Below, in pieces: positions 36,501 through 51,500 of a DNA stretch of 64,000 nt (position 1 is the stretch's first letter; the number at the start of each line of letters is the position of its first letter). A program made the translations under genes and the position numbers. Under the pieces are notes generated by a model. The model made no database searches and was not told the DNA's origin. It saw only the letters and a list, made by a program, of their open reading frames with translations. The stretch comes from Antedon mediterranea (Eukaryota; Animalia; Echinodermata). The stretch is taken from contig NC_092680.1 in NCBI RefSeq assembly GCF_964355755.1, positions 9,796,001 through 9,860,000 on the forward strand, in the 5' to 3' direction.

Positions 36501-39500
36501 TTCAAATAGCCTCCAAAAATGGAAGAAAATCAAGAGGAAGAAAAACAATACAATGACAAAATAACTAGAAAGTCCCGAGTAAAAGATTAAAATAATTGAT
36601 GGGTGTCTTTCAAATGTATCACCCAGTATCATAACACACATCATAATTAGGGAATTTTCCTTTGATAGGTCATATGTGGCTGGTCCGGAGATACAGAATT
36701 CGGAATTATGTAACATAAGTCATGTAAAAAAATACCTTGTAATGCATATATCTCTCATAGTTGCCGTCTTTGCCAGTAACTCCTCATTGTACTCAAAAGA
36801 TTTTGATTGACTTTTTTGCATGTCAAAGGTCAACATTTTTTGAAGATGTGGAAAACATCGATCCTAAATAAGTAAAATTTAAAACAAACCAAAAAATAAA
36901 TGGCAACAAAAATAGACAACATTTTTGCTGTCAAGTTCAGCCCAAGATTAAAATGCTCATTGTACAATCTAAATGACAAGCAGAGATAGTTATTAAAATT
37001 TAGTAGTTTTTGCTATGTTAAAAAAAAAACTAATGTGGATGATGATAGCATAGATTTTTTTTGTAGCGTTACATCGACAGGAAAACAGGCTTTAAGCGTG
37101 GTTCCCACTTGAACGCAACAACGTATCGAGCAAAGTGCTGTATTGCGTAATCACAAGTGGGAACCGACGACGCAATAGTGCTGCAAACATCGCAGGTTTG
37201 ATTTCACGGAGGCAGGGGCAAACACAATTATTAGAAGGGCATTTGCGTAGCTTGCGTTACGTTGCATCGCTAGTGGGAACCAAGCTTTAGGGAGTGAAGT
37301 TGAGTCATCCAAAACCCTGACACTAGGTCAGGATTGAACCCTGAATCTTGGGTTGACAATACAACTCTACAACACTTAAAATGGTAGAAACAATGCAACA
37401 TATTCAACCCTACTTTTACAATTTCTTACCTGAAGTTTCCATAATGCTGATAGTAACCTAATAGAAACAGGAAACATGTCTTGTGTTGCTCCGAGTGACT
37501 GAATTACCTTCAAGGCAGGTGAGATGTTATACCTGTGCGTAGCTGTTTGGGGGATGGCGTTCAAAATGAGCATTGTGACTGGAGGCCGGTCTTCAATTCC
37601 AAGCAAGTATAGTAATAAAGTTAAAATGACAGGAGACTATGAAGAAAAATATACACTGTCTATTATATACTATAATATTTAATACATTTTAAAAAACGTT
37701 TGTTTACACTACAGTACTTCCAAATTTGCAATAAATATTGCTAATACCATCACTTCAGTTAGGTTTTTAGTGAGTGTTTGTTCAGGGGGTGTAAACAAAC
37801 TAACATACATTCCCAAAAACTACAATTCCTACTGAAATTATCTTTAGGGTATGTGTCAGGTCACAGCAACACTAGTCAGTGACTGCACCTGAACCTATAG
37901 GTATAGTCTGACCTGGGAGCAAAAAGGAAGTACATACAGTATATCGCTGGTGTTATTCTGGTGTATATCAGAGGGCTGTTATAAGCCAAAGGCTGGAGGG
38001 TGTCCTCCACACTGAAAAGTGATTCCAACAGGAGGGGGAACCAATAAGATGGCATCCGTAAATGTGTTCAAAAACAATATATAAAATAAAAAACAACAAT
38101 CTAATATAATAAACTAAGACCACATAAATTACACATATTCTTGTCAAAGCACAGTGAAATTTTATAAATTAAATATATTGTTTATAATTGCAATGGAATA
38201 ATAATTTCTTGGTAATCTAGCATTTTTTGTATACGAGGAATGCGTTTGCGTTTATACACTTAACACGCTGCGTTGCGGATTGTTCTCACGCAGATAGGCT
38301 CAACACAGGCATATATTAGTGCGTACTGCGCATAGGGCATTTCTGATTGGTCAATTGCAGCCACCATCTTGTTGGTTCTCTCTCCAAGAAGAATCACTTT
38401 TTGAACTGCGAAAACATTGAAGTTTGCAATCTAGCCTTCGGCTATAAAATCTTTGTAATATTTAGATATACTGTACTGTACCTTTGATGGATCCATTCTA
38501 CCAATTACAAGTAATGTCTGAAGACATCCATCGACTAGCTCTTCCTGTCGCTTCAACAGAATGGATGCTATAGTCAATATCACATGATTTGAGACAGACT
38601 TAGAGGTCACTTTTGATTGAATAACTGCCAGCCAATCATGAACTATCAGGTCATTGCCATGGAGATGCAAAATTAGGTTTGTGAATGTTTTAATGTCGGC
38701 ATAAGAAGGACATACACTTATTCCAGATAGATTTTGTAAACGTATATCAACCTTTGATGGATTCATATTACTATCATCTGATTTGTAGCTTTGAATTAGA
38801 CTTAGGCAATAGCTGGCTCTCTTTTGAATCGTTGAAAATGGATCTCCATGTAGTGAAATTGAGAGAGGCGGGGAGGAAATCAGTTGAACAAGAGGGAAGG
38901 CTAAAAATAAGGCAATGGGTTTGGTGATGTATGAATTTGAAAGAGCTTCTTCAACTGAAAAGACAAGTGTTACCAAAAAAAGTGTCAAATAGAAAGTTAT
39001 ACTGTAGCTACAAAAAACTTTTGCCTAAACTCCTTCTCTATATAAAATATATAATTATTGTATTTTTAGACAAACCATAAGTTAATAATAGATCAATCAT
39101 AGCCTGATTATAACAAGTTATGCAAAAAGAAAGATTTTGATCACCGCTAAAATGCAAAAACACTCACCAAACTCAAGTAATAATGAGAGTTCCTTTAATG
39201 AGGTCGCTTCCAATATCAACCAACCAATCAGTACAATAGTAGACTGAGGAAGGGAATTCCCCTTTACGAGCTTCTGAAGAGTAACCAACAGATCGGAGGT
39301 ATCCAGTCCAAGTTGTCTGACATGAAGGCATAGAGCTGTGACATAGTTTGATAGTTGTGAAAATAGAGTGCACTCCTCATTGTCATGCCTGCTAGATAAC
39401 AAGATGGTTGAGAACTGGCCAATGAATGTAGTAATCTCTGCAACACATTGTGAAAGACAAATCTATAACAAAAAATAAGTATGTTTTTTTTTCATTTTTT

Positions 39501-42500
39501 ATACCACACCATCCAACAGAAAACACATAACTGGCAATTACAGAAGTGAAACACCAAGCTTTCAAAAACAGAAGCATTTTATTTTTATGAAAAGTATACA
39601 AGTTAAATTTTGTATCATATATATTATAATATGTCTATATACTGTATTAGAATGGCAAATTTGTATGAAAATGTGTTTTTAGACCGATTTCTTTGCAACT
39701 GGCGAACTCTGTGTTGGTTAATTCTCTGCCATTTTCCTACGTCACAATTAGGTGACTTAGGTCATTAGCAATATCAAGACAGCAGCACAGTTGATCAGCG
39801 CAGCAGCAGAAGGTTTAGACTTTACAATTTACAAAAGCTCAAACGGACGTAAGTACAATACACCGTATGTTTCTACCTTTTACCATTTTTTCTAACACCA
39901 AATGCAGTGATAACACTAGCCTAGGTTATGTTTCTCATTTTTTTTTCACTTTTGCTGCAATGATAAACAATATGGTGAAGGTTACAGTATATATGTCTAT
40001 ATATCAATGACTATTTAAGTGATATTACACAGACAGAGGTTAGAAGACTACAGTATATCTTTTGAAACTAACTGCCGTGATAGAGTGTGCCCAAGAAAGA
40101 AGACATTACGGCTTGCAACATGGGCAGACATCTCGGTCCTAACGGGACACAGATAGCCTACAATTATTCCTGCCAGCCATTGAGTCGATCTGGATAGAAC
40201 TGATGCTTCCTAAGACTAAGCCAATCATAGTTGGTTGTGTTTATCGATCGCAAATCTGTACTTAAACTACGTTTGTTGAAAACCTAGAGTCTGACGTTTC
40301 AAAACTTAGATCGGATTCAGAGATATATATTTATGTGACACTAACATCGACTACAACAAAAACAATGATCCTATGTTTAAGAAATATTGTGATTTTTTAC
40401 GACTATTTATTTTCCTACTCGCATAGCGTCCAAATCCGCCACCATTATCGACCACGTTCTAACTAACTCTAAGGAAAAAGTTTGTCAACATGGCTCAATT
40501 GGTGCTGGTTTTTTGTGATCACTTATTAATATACTTTACCCGTAAGGTAATGAGAGGACACATAAATAAACATAACACTGTAAAAATAAGATCTTTACAT
40601 AACTAACTCTAAATAATTGTTAATTAATAAGCTTCGATCTGCTGAATGGCAAAATGTGTACAACTGTAAGAATGTTAATGACGCTTGGTATAATTTAAAG
40701 TTTATTTTTACTAGTATCATCGATCAAATAGCTCCGATCAAAGAGGTTAGATTGAAATGTAGGTCTGAACCATGGATCACGGATGATATTTTATTATCTA
40801 TAAATGAAAGAGATAAGTTACTTCAAAAATTTAGAAAAAACAGAAATGACACGGAAGTTTATAAAGATTTCTGTATTTTAAGAAACAAAGTTCAACGTGA
40901 AATTAAAAAAGCAAAAGCAAACTACTTTAGAGTTAAATTAGAAGAGAACAAACATGATTCCAAACAACTGTGGATATACTTAAAACAGCTTGGTGCAAAT
41001 TCAAAATGTAAATCTAAGAGTAAAGTTGCCCTAGATATTAATGGCACATTGTCACATGATGCTCACGAAGTGGCAAATCATTTTAATATGTTTTTTACGA
41101 ATATTGCATCAAAACTTCCATCTCAGCTAAAACCCTGTCCAGATTTGTTTGGGATCTCGAAAACAGCATTTAAGGCTTATTATGACAAGAAAGTGAGCGA
41201 AAATAAATTTGAAATTAAAGAAGTTACTGAGGAAGAGATTTTGAAGGAGCTTGAAAATCTGAAAATTGGTAAAAGCTGTGGATTGGACAACTTGCCTTCC
41301 CAGTTTCTTAAAGATGGGTCTATTGCAATTGCTTCTCCTGTCACCTTCATCACCAACCTTTCTATTTCATGCAATATATTCCCAGATGAATTTAAGTACG
41401 CTAAGATTACTCCAATATATAAGAAAGGCTCCAAAAGTGATTCTAGTAACTATAGACCCATAAGTGTTCTTCCTGTAATATCAAAGTTGTTGGAAAAGGT
41501 AGTCCACAAGCAGTTTACTGTTTATTTAAATAAAGCCAATCAAAATATTGTTTAATAAATACCGGTGTTCCACAAGGAAGCATACTCGGTCCTTTGCTTT
41601 TCACATGCTATAAATGATATCTCTATTAGTACGAACTGTAAAACTATCTTATATGCAGATGATACCGCATTATTAGTTTCTGGTAAATAAAAGCCCGGAA
41701 AATATTGCAAATTCTTTAAGTACCAACCTTGATTCATGTCACACTTGGTTAATCAATAATGAACTTTCACTACATGTTGATAAAACTGAGGCTATTCTTT
41801 TTGGTCCAAAGAAAAAAGTTAAACATGTTGAAGAATTTAAAGTATATTGTAATGGTAAAGAACTATGACGGAAGCATTATGTTAAATACTTAGGATGTTA
41901 TATGGATGAAGATCTTTGTGGTGAAACCATGGTAGAAAACGTACTTGCAAAAATGTATGCACGACTTAAATATTTGTATCGACGAAGTTGTTATCTTAAT
42001 AGATCAAATCGTAAACTTTTAAGTAAATGCCCTCATACTTTGTCACTTTGATTATGCGTGTTTGTGCATGGTATTCTGGACCTACCAGTTACTATAAGGG
42101 AAAACTTCAAGTTGCCCAAAATATGCCCATATTGGTAAGGAAGAACTTAAATCTATTGGTTTTGTGACTGGTTTATTTCAAACAAATTACTTATTAATAC
42201 TCTTAAAACAAATTATTTAATTTTTCACAATTCTCAACGTAAACTAAAAGTTGATGACCTAAATATACTTCTTGGCGGAATTCAAATTGAACGCAAAACT
42301 GAAACACTTTTTTTAGGTGTATATATTCATGAAAACCTCAAATGGACCAGTCATCAAAATTACGTTTCGAAAAAAATATCAAGATCTATTAGTATTATTA
42401 ACAGACTTAAGCACTTCTTCCCTCTAAATATTTTAATTTCTCTTTATAACACACTTGTACTTCCTTATTTCCAGTATTGTAACATTATTTGGGCTGCAGA

Positions 42501-45500
42501 TTACTCTTCTAATATTGCTAGATTAACTAAATTACAAAAACGTGCAGCTAGAATTATTACTTTTTCACCATATAGAACCTCATCTGAACCCCTTTTTAAA
42601 CGTCTTGGTATATTAAAATTAACGGATATCCACAATGTTCAAGTTGCCAGTTTTATGTTTAATTATTTTAAAAACCAACTTCCTATTTCTATGATTGATA
42701 TGCTCTGTAAACGTACCAAATTTCACAATTACAATTTAAGAACTTCTCATTTAAATATTCCTTTTGCTAGACTTACAAAAACTAAATTTTTTATAACTAT
42801 ATCAGGTCCTAATTTGTGGAATCATATCCCACCAAATATCAAAACGTCAATATCATTATTTACTTTCCGAAAAAAGTTAAAGAATCATTATATATCTAAA
42901 TATTATACTGCTTAGTTAATATGCTTATTATCATTATTTATACTCATATACTATTTATGTCTTACACAAAATATTAGTTGTTGTTTATTATTGCAATCTT
43001 TAATCTATACTATATATAATGTATATATAGTATATACTATATATATACTGGAATTATAATTTATGTATACATATTTTTTTTTTTTTTTCATTTACCAATA
43101 TCGGTAGTTATTTCATTTATAATTATCATGAAACTATTGAAATATAATTTAAATAATTTTTATAAAGAAGATGTTAGTTATGTTATTATACTGTAATTTT
43201 TTATCCTAAATTATATAATTATATATTCTAGGTTATTTTTATTTTTTTAGTAATGTGTTTTGTTATGGGTCCCTACGAGACAAGCTTTTAACTTCTAGAA
43301 GGGATCCATGATAATAATGACTACCAATTACTGCTTTATCTATGTTCACTTTAATATCTTTTTTCTGTTTTGTATATATTCATTCATTATTATCTAAATA
43401 AATATTATCTGAATGAATGAATGAATGAATGGTCAACTTAATATTGAAAGTCGGGTTAAACAATTAAAACTAAAACATGTTCACAAAATATTCAACAACC
43501 AAGCCATTCCATACATGTACACACACTTCTCCAAGACATCCACCATCCAAAATATCACAAGAAGAAGCTCTCATACATTCTACCTGTCTAAATCAGACAC
43601 ATATATCAAAGACACATTCTTCTACACAGCAGCACAACAATGGAACCTATTACCACACACATTTTAAAAACCATTTTTAACAAGACAGATTTTAAATTTA
43701 AAGTAAAGGAATATTTAGCAACGTCTCATGAATAAATAAATTTTAACTTACTGTAAGATTTTAAAGAATGACATGAAATATTATTTTAATAATCAATTTT
43801 ATACAGTATGCTTTTATATGCTATGTTTTATTGTTTTAGTGGTTTAATATTTTATTGTTTGTATGTATGTATATACAGTAATGGACCCCAATGGAAATAA
43901 GCTGGAATGATATTTACAGGCTTTTTTGGGTTATCCATGGAAGACTACCGTATGTTTTAATTGTTCTTGTTTACCAATTGTAATGTATATTTGTGTACTT
44001 CCGAATAAATTCAAATCAAATCAAATCAAATCTTACTCAATCAACTATCGGGATTTCACTCGATTTTAAACAAAATGTCTTATCATCAAATCTCCCTATG
44101 TAATTTTATAATACTATTTCCCACAATATATTCCGATTCTTTATGGCCTATATTTAATTTGATCTTTATTAATTTTTATTTTTTAACTACTGTGCCTTCA
44201 CACACGCACGGTCCGTTCCTAAAATAAACAAAAAACTGAAATGGCTATGCAACAAGCTCCAGTCCTACTATCAGTTTTTTTCTTCCTTCTTCCAAAGGGA
44301 CACTGTATTGATTGATGGAAAGTGCCTGTTTCCAGTCACCTTTAGGGTCAAATCTATTATTTTAACTGCTCCCTTGTGTATAAAAGAGAGAAAATAGTTG
44401 AAACCAGGTTGTTGCAAGGTGAACCCGGAAATTACTTTGACCCACAAAGAATTGAAATTGAGTTGAAAATCTACTGTTGAAATTATAAATTTTGTTAAAA
44501 AACTCTTTATAATATCTTCCTAAGATAGAAATATGGAACAATAGCGTCGATGTGAAAACTAATGTTATCAAATCTACGTTTCGCGGTACATCTGAGATAG
44601 ATAAGGTAGGTATCCAAGGCGGATATTTGTACCGAAGTTTTTGCATTGTGCTTGCCTATGTCCGAATTAACCGTAATTTATATATAGATGCTGTATAATG
44701 TACTGTACTGTACCTCTTGCCACTATAAATCCATTCATATATTTGTGTATACTGTACTGCATTGTACTATATTACTGTACTATCTTTTTGATTCCCGAAC
44801 CTTAAAATCATTATATGATGGTGCTATTATTATTTTATTTATTTATTTTTTTTATTTTTTTACAGTAATATGAAAGAAGTGCAGAATTTGTTTTATATAA
44901 TTGTTTGTTTGTTCTTTTTTTAATAGTATTTAATATATTTTATGGATATTTGTCTAAATGACCACATGAATTTCCCAGTGTGGGAGTGGGATAATAAAGT
45001 TTTATTGAATCAAATTATTATGAATTGGTGACCAAATTTCTTTAAAATCTCAGTAATGAATTTTATATTTAAAAAATGGTTTGATAAATAAAGCTTTCAC
45101 GTCTTAACAATCTTGACTTGAAAAACCTTTAATCCTATGTAATACTAATAGATAAAATAATTTCTTACCTGTATCTTTGGAATGCATTGTAAAAAGAAGT
45201 TAACAATTGTTTTCTGAAATACTTTATCCATGCCATGGAAGCCTAGGGTACATTGCTGTAAAAGACTGCTGTAGAGGGAAGCTCTTAGACCAGCATATTC
45301 TGCTGTTTGTACAGGTTCTAAAAATACATATTTCAGAAGTGGTTCCAACATTGGTATAATATACGGCTGTATGCTGCAACCAAAAAGAACTAGATATTAA
45401 ATCGTTCATGTATGTTAAAATGTGTGCAGAAATGCTATAGCATGCTTAGTCTTGATATACAGTAGAGTGTAACAAATAATTGAAAAAGTAAAGTACAGTA

Positions 45501-48500
45501 GTACTGTAAAGTACATTGAAGATCAGCTACATGAATGTTAGAAAATGAAAAAAAATCACATTTTTTTTCACGCTGCTGCTCTAGCCCGCTATGTCACAAG
45601 AGATGATGCAATATATAAAGCAAACAGCAGTTTAGTACTGAGACTGACAATTTTGCGAAAATGCATACTCCACTATAATTTATAGGTCCCTGGACCCAAA
45701 AAATGTCTGGGAAAGAGTCTAATGGTTGAAGGACAAATCCAAAAGCATTTCTGGTATTTATGAGTCCCATGATATTATACAGTACTGTAATTGGCTGTCA
45801 GATAATCATTGAATTATTATCAAAACAGTCTATGAAAGTTTTTGTTTGTAATAGGATACTTCACACTTGAAGTATCTAGATGTGATGAAGTGACCCCCAG
45901 ACTTGACCTTAGCAATAAAATAAACTAAAGTGACAGAAATTGAGTCTGTGTTTCATATCAAAGTTATTCACTTCTGTAACAAAAAAATAATATTTATTCA
46001 CATATAAAAAGAGAAAAGAAACGTTTAATTATAACTCAAAAACCATTGTCTGACAAGACAATTTAAGTATTTTTTGCTTTAAAATACATTTTTGCAGGTA
46101 AAATAACTATTGTGTGACAATAAAATGACACATTCAAAAACAAATTTGTTTTCAAAACTGTTACGTCAATATACAGTAGTATATTTCGTCACAGAATATG
46201 GTATCTAGGTAAAATTGGTGTCAAAATGTGCAGAATTAAAAAAAGGAGAACGTCATGTCTTTGGATCAAATCTTGACCACTAAAAATGAGGTCAAAGGTC
46301 AAAAAGTCAATTTTCTACATAAAATGGCATATTATTGATATTTCAGCAACATATAATGGTATATTGATGTTAATATATGCAGAAAAAAAAGGAAGAAAAC
46401 TTGGAACAAAAACAAACAAGGCTTGACCTTAGAAAATTAGGTCAAAGGTCAAATGTATTCATTTTATCATGAACCCTATTAGTAATTTTAATTTAATCCC
46501 CACATTTTTGTTTACTTACTGTATGAGGTAAGAAAGAAGCTAATTTCATGATAGGGCCTTGGTTGTAAGTTCACCCAGACAAAAACATATGATTTATGTC
46601 TAGACAGTTATTTTGACTAGATGTTGTCTCTAATTAACAACAAGTAAATCAAAAAACTGTGTAATAAAACAAATTACAACAATTTACCAACATGGAAGTT
46701 TGTGAAATATGTAGTGAGGACTCTTCAGAAGCAGGGAAGCTACAGCGGTTGTACACAAAGGGATATGAGAACCTCGTGTAGACGTATTTGTAGTGTCTAT
46801 AGACACGGCGACCGAGAGGTCAAAGGTTGTAGAGCACATAAAGTGTGTGTGCGGTTTTGTTGTGCTGCGAGCACGCCATATCGATAATAAAGGCACCGTT
46901 GTTTGTGTTAAATAGAGTTAACCCGTCTCGTGTTATTACTACATTGTTATGACGACTAAGAGAGTAAGTGTATAGGAACTTACAGAGGTAACTAACTTTA
47001 CAGTGGCGACGAGTATAAATTTATAGAATGGCTTTTCAGGTAAGCCCAATTGCCGGTTTTGATACGACGGACAGCCAAGCCCTCGGACAACGTTGGGAAA
47101 AATGGCGGAAATCTTTTGAGTTGTACATAGTTGCGAGCAACGTCAAAAACAACCAGCAAAAGAAGGCTATATTATTACATACAGCAGGGGAAGGAGTACA
47201 GGAGTTATTTGAAACGTTAACAAAGGAAGATGACACTTATGAAAAAGCAATCGAAGCGCTAAATGCTTATTTTTTGCCGAAGAAAAATGTTGCATTTGAA
47301 AGGCATGTTTATCGACAAGCTGTGCAGGAGAACGGGGAAACGATGGACAGTTTTGCTACACGCCTGAAGAAATTGATAAAAACATGTGAGTACGAAACTG
47401 AACTAGAAAAAGATATGATAAGAGATCAAATAATTGAAAAGTGTAGATCAAAGAAGTTGAGAATTAGATTGCTTAGAGAGGAAAAATTAACATTAGACAA
47501 AGCGTTAGAAATAGCACGGGCACATGAGCTAGCGGACACGCAGGCCCATCAAATGGAAGCTTCGAGATTACAGACCACGCAACAACAACAAGGTAGCGTC
47601 GAAGGCGCGTACGCGATGAGTCAAAACAACCGCCGCGAAGCAAGTCGCGATGGTAACCGAAAAAAGTAGGCGGAGTCTAAGAAAAGTTACAGTAGTGCTT
47701 CGAGCTCGAGTGGAGGAGATAAGACGTGTTATCGTTGTGGCAAACCAGGTCACATAGCTAAAGCTTGTAGTGTTGTGAATAACAAGAAATGTCATAATTG
47801 CGGAAAATCTGGACATTTTGCGGTAGTGTGCCAGTCAAAAAAACCAAGTAATCACTCAAGAAAGTCTAAACCAAGAAAAGTGTATCAAACCACGACGAAC
47901 AGTAGTTCTGATAGTGATACTGATAACTCTGAGACTTTATTTGTTATAAAAACAAAAGATACTAAACCATTGTGTACTGTAAATGTTAACGGTAAAGATG
48001 TAAGGTGTTTGATTGATTCAGGAGCCAGTGTAAATATTATTAATTATGATATTGCTAGAGAATTAAACATAAAGATTAGGCCTAGCAAGATGAAAGTGTA
48101 TACTTATGGATCAAAAGAACCATTAAGAGTAAAAGGAGAGTTTGATGCCTATGTGCATTATGGAAAAAAAGGTATAAATACAACATTTGTGGTAATTGAT
48201 AATAAGGAATGTTGTACAATCCTTGGGTATAGAGGTGCAAGTGATCTTAACATATTAAAGATAGATATGTTGTGTAATGTCCAAGTCAATGACAAAAATG
48301 ATCAGTTGTTTAACGAATACAAGGATGTCTTTACCGGAGTTGGTAAATTAAAGAATTATGAATTAAAGATACATATTGATGATAAGGTACAGCCCATAGT
48401 TCAACCACAAAGAAGAATTCCTTTTAACTTAAGAAATGCAGTAGAAAGAAAGTTAAATGAGTTGTTAGATCATGACATAATAGAGCCGGTACAGGGTCCC

Positions 48501-51500
48501 ACATCGTGGATATCACTACCAGTTTTTGTACCTAAGAAAAATAGTGATGATTTGAGAATGTGTATAGATATGACATGAATGGAGCCACACTATTCTCGAA
48601 AATAGATCTTAAATGGGGGTTCCACCAAATTGAACTGGATGATAAGTCACGTGACATAACTACATTCATAACACATTGTGGGTTATTTAGGTTTAAACGT
48701 CTCATGTTCGGTATTACAAGTGCCCCTGAAATGTTCCAGCATATCATGGAACAAGTACTGGAAAAATGTAAAGGGGTAAAGGTAATTGCCGATGACATAG
48801 TGGTGTATGGTTGTAATCAGAAAGAGCATGACGTAAATCTAAAGAATGTATTAAATACATTAAGAGAAAGAGGGTTAACGGCAAACTTGGACAAATGCAA
48901 GTTTGGTCTAGATAAGTTAGATTATATGGGAAATGTATTGTCCAAAGATGGATTAGAGGTGTTTAAACAAAAAGTAGTTGCTGTGAAAGAAGCAAAGGTT
49001 CCGACAAATGTTGCGGAAGTTAGAAGTTTCTTAGGTTTGGTCGGGTATTGTGGAAGATATATAAATAATCTTTCAACAAGGGAAGAACCATTACGAAGAT
49101 TAACACGGGCAAAACAACCCTGGGTCTGGGGTAAAGAACAAAATGATTCTTTAAATGACCTGAAGAATGCACTTACAAGTGCAGAAGCAATGGCATATTA
49201 CAATAACAAGGCTAAAACACAAGTTATAACTGATGCTAGCCCAGTTGGGGTAGGGGCAATTCTAGTACAAAAACAGGATGATGGCATGTTTAAGCCTGTG
49301 TTGTATGCCAGTAGATCGCTAACTGATGTCGAACGGAGGTATTCCCAAACAGAAAAAGAAGCCCTGGGGATAGTTTGGGCATGTGAGAGGTTCCATTTGT
49401 ATCTGTACGGAATTAAGTTTGATTTAATTACAGATCATAAACCGTTAGAGGTTATTTACTCAGCACGATCGAAACCATCAGCGAGAATAGAACGCTGGGT
49501 TTTAAGATTACAACGGTATAGACCAGGAAGGTTAAATGCTGCTGATGCCCTCTCAAGATTGCCACTTGTAGTAGAGTCTAAGAGAAATGTAGCTGAAGAG
49601 TATATATTTTGTTGCAAAGAGTGCAACACCAATGGCCTTAACCACTAAAGAAATAGAACAAGTTTCAATGAAAGACGAAACAATGATATGCTTAAGGGAA
49701 GCAATCACTAATAATAATTGGTCAAATCCAAAAGTAGAAAGCTTCAAACATGTAAGAACGGAGCTAGCAGTAATAGGGAAGTTGATTTTAAGGCAACATA
49801 GAATTGTAGTGCCAGAAGAGTTAAGGAAACAAGTATTGAATTTGGCACATGAGGGACACCAAGGCATAGTAAAATGTAAATCTAGATTAAGGACAAAGGT
49901 TTGGTGGCCTGGAATCGATAGAGAAATTGAGAATTATGTAAAAGTGTGTCAGGCTTGTCAGGTAGTCGATAGACAAAGTAGACCTGAACCAATGAAACCA
50001 ACCGATCTGCCACAAAAGCCATGGCAGCATATTGGTATTGATTTGTGTGGTCCGTTTCCTGGAGGGGAAAGCTTATTAGTAGCAGTGGACTATTATTCTA
50101 GATGGTTTGAGGTAGGTGTACTACACTCAACCACAGCAGGGAAAGTGATCGAGACCTTAGATAATTGGTTCACAACTCACGGATTACCAGAGATGATCGT
50201 GAGCGATAATGGTCCTCAGTTTAGAGGTGATGAGTTTAAGAGGTTCGTAAATGAGAACGGAATTTCTCACAGAAAAACTACACCTTATTCTCCTCAAGCA
50301 AACGGAGAAGTTGAAAGGCAGAATAAAACACTCCTAAAAGCTATTAGAGCAATGTCTGCCGAAGGGAAAGTGTGGAAGAGAGAGATTAATAAGTTTCTGT
50401 TGGCGTACAGAACAACACCACACTGTGTTACTGGTGAAAGTCCAGCACAATTGATGTATGGTAGACAACTCAGGACCAAGTTGCCTGAGATGGGTAATGA
50501 AGGGAGAGACCCAAACGATGATGATATTAGAGTTAAGGATTATGAAAGTAAAGTAAAACAGAAGGAATATTGGGATAAAAGAAAGAAATCGAAAGAATCG
50601 GAAATTAAGAAAGGAGATAAAGTGTTTGTGAAACAGGATAAGAAAAATAAGTTGAGTACGACTTATGGAGAGATGCCATATAGTGTAATAGAAAAGAAGG
50701 GAAACAGTGTTCAGATCGAAAACGATGAAGGTGTACAGAAACGAAGAAATGTAAAAGACCTTTAAAAAGATTGAGTTTGAAAAGGGTAATGAGAAAGTAA
50801 ATGAATCTGATGTTACAGAGTAGAAGTTTATAGTTTTAATGTTATAGTTTTAATGTTAGTTAATTTTAGTTGTTATCTTAAATGAGAAAAGAAGGGATGT
50901 AGTGTCTATAGACACGGCGACCGAGAGGTCAAAGGTTGTAGAGCACATAAAGTGTGTGTGCGGTTTTGTTGTGCTGCGAGCACGCCATATCGATAATAAA
51001 GGCACCGTTGTTTGTGTTAAATAGAGTTAACCCGTCTCGTGTTATTACTACATTGTTATGACGACTAAGAGAGTAAGTGTATAGGAACTTACAGAGGTAA
51101 CTAACTTTACAGTATTGATGACTCTTTATTGTTAGAGCGATTGACAACAAAATGGATCAGCAATATTCATATGAAAGTCCACCATAGATGCCAAACACTT
51201 TTCATGCAAAAGGAGCAAGATGTTGAGGAGCAAGAGCATTCACCACGAAATAAACAACAAGTTTTACAATCTGTAAATGATGGCAGAGATCATGGTAAGA
51301 TATATTCATTCTTTGTACTTGATTCATACATCTAAATAAGATTCCAAGCTAAATTAATTTTAAAACGATTTTATTTCAATTTTGAATATTAGCACTAATA
51401 GGGCATAGTGTAATATAAATGTGATGGCAGCTAACTTTGTCCTAATAATATTTTCCAGGCCAGGTTTCAACTCAATTTCCATATAGTAAAAAATGTTTCA

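Larger units (their letters stand above)
40058..44688 (-). mobile_element. Helitron-like repeat, copy 2, split by a LINE insertion
   Basis: 40058-40178 and 44031-44688 together match 20259-20802. The break is at CCTGCCAGC|TTACTCAA. Confidence 0.55.

Noticed and set aside
45860-45973. Extra FOCAD exon (good acceptor at 45974)
   Set aside because: It has stops in all three frames, and exon 3 joins exon 4 in frame without it.
47667-47669. Programmed gag-pol stop read-through in the Gypsy element
   Set aside because: The TAG lies before the gag zinc knuckles in a copy with other lesions, so a nonsense mutation is simpler.
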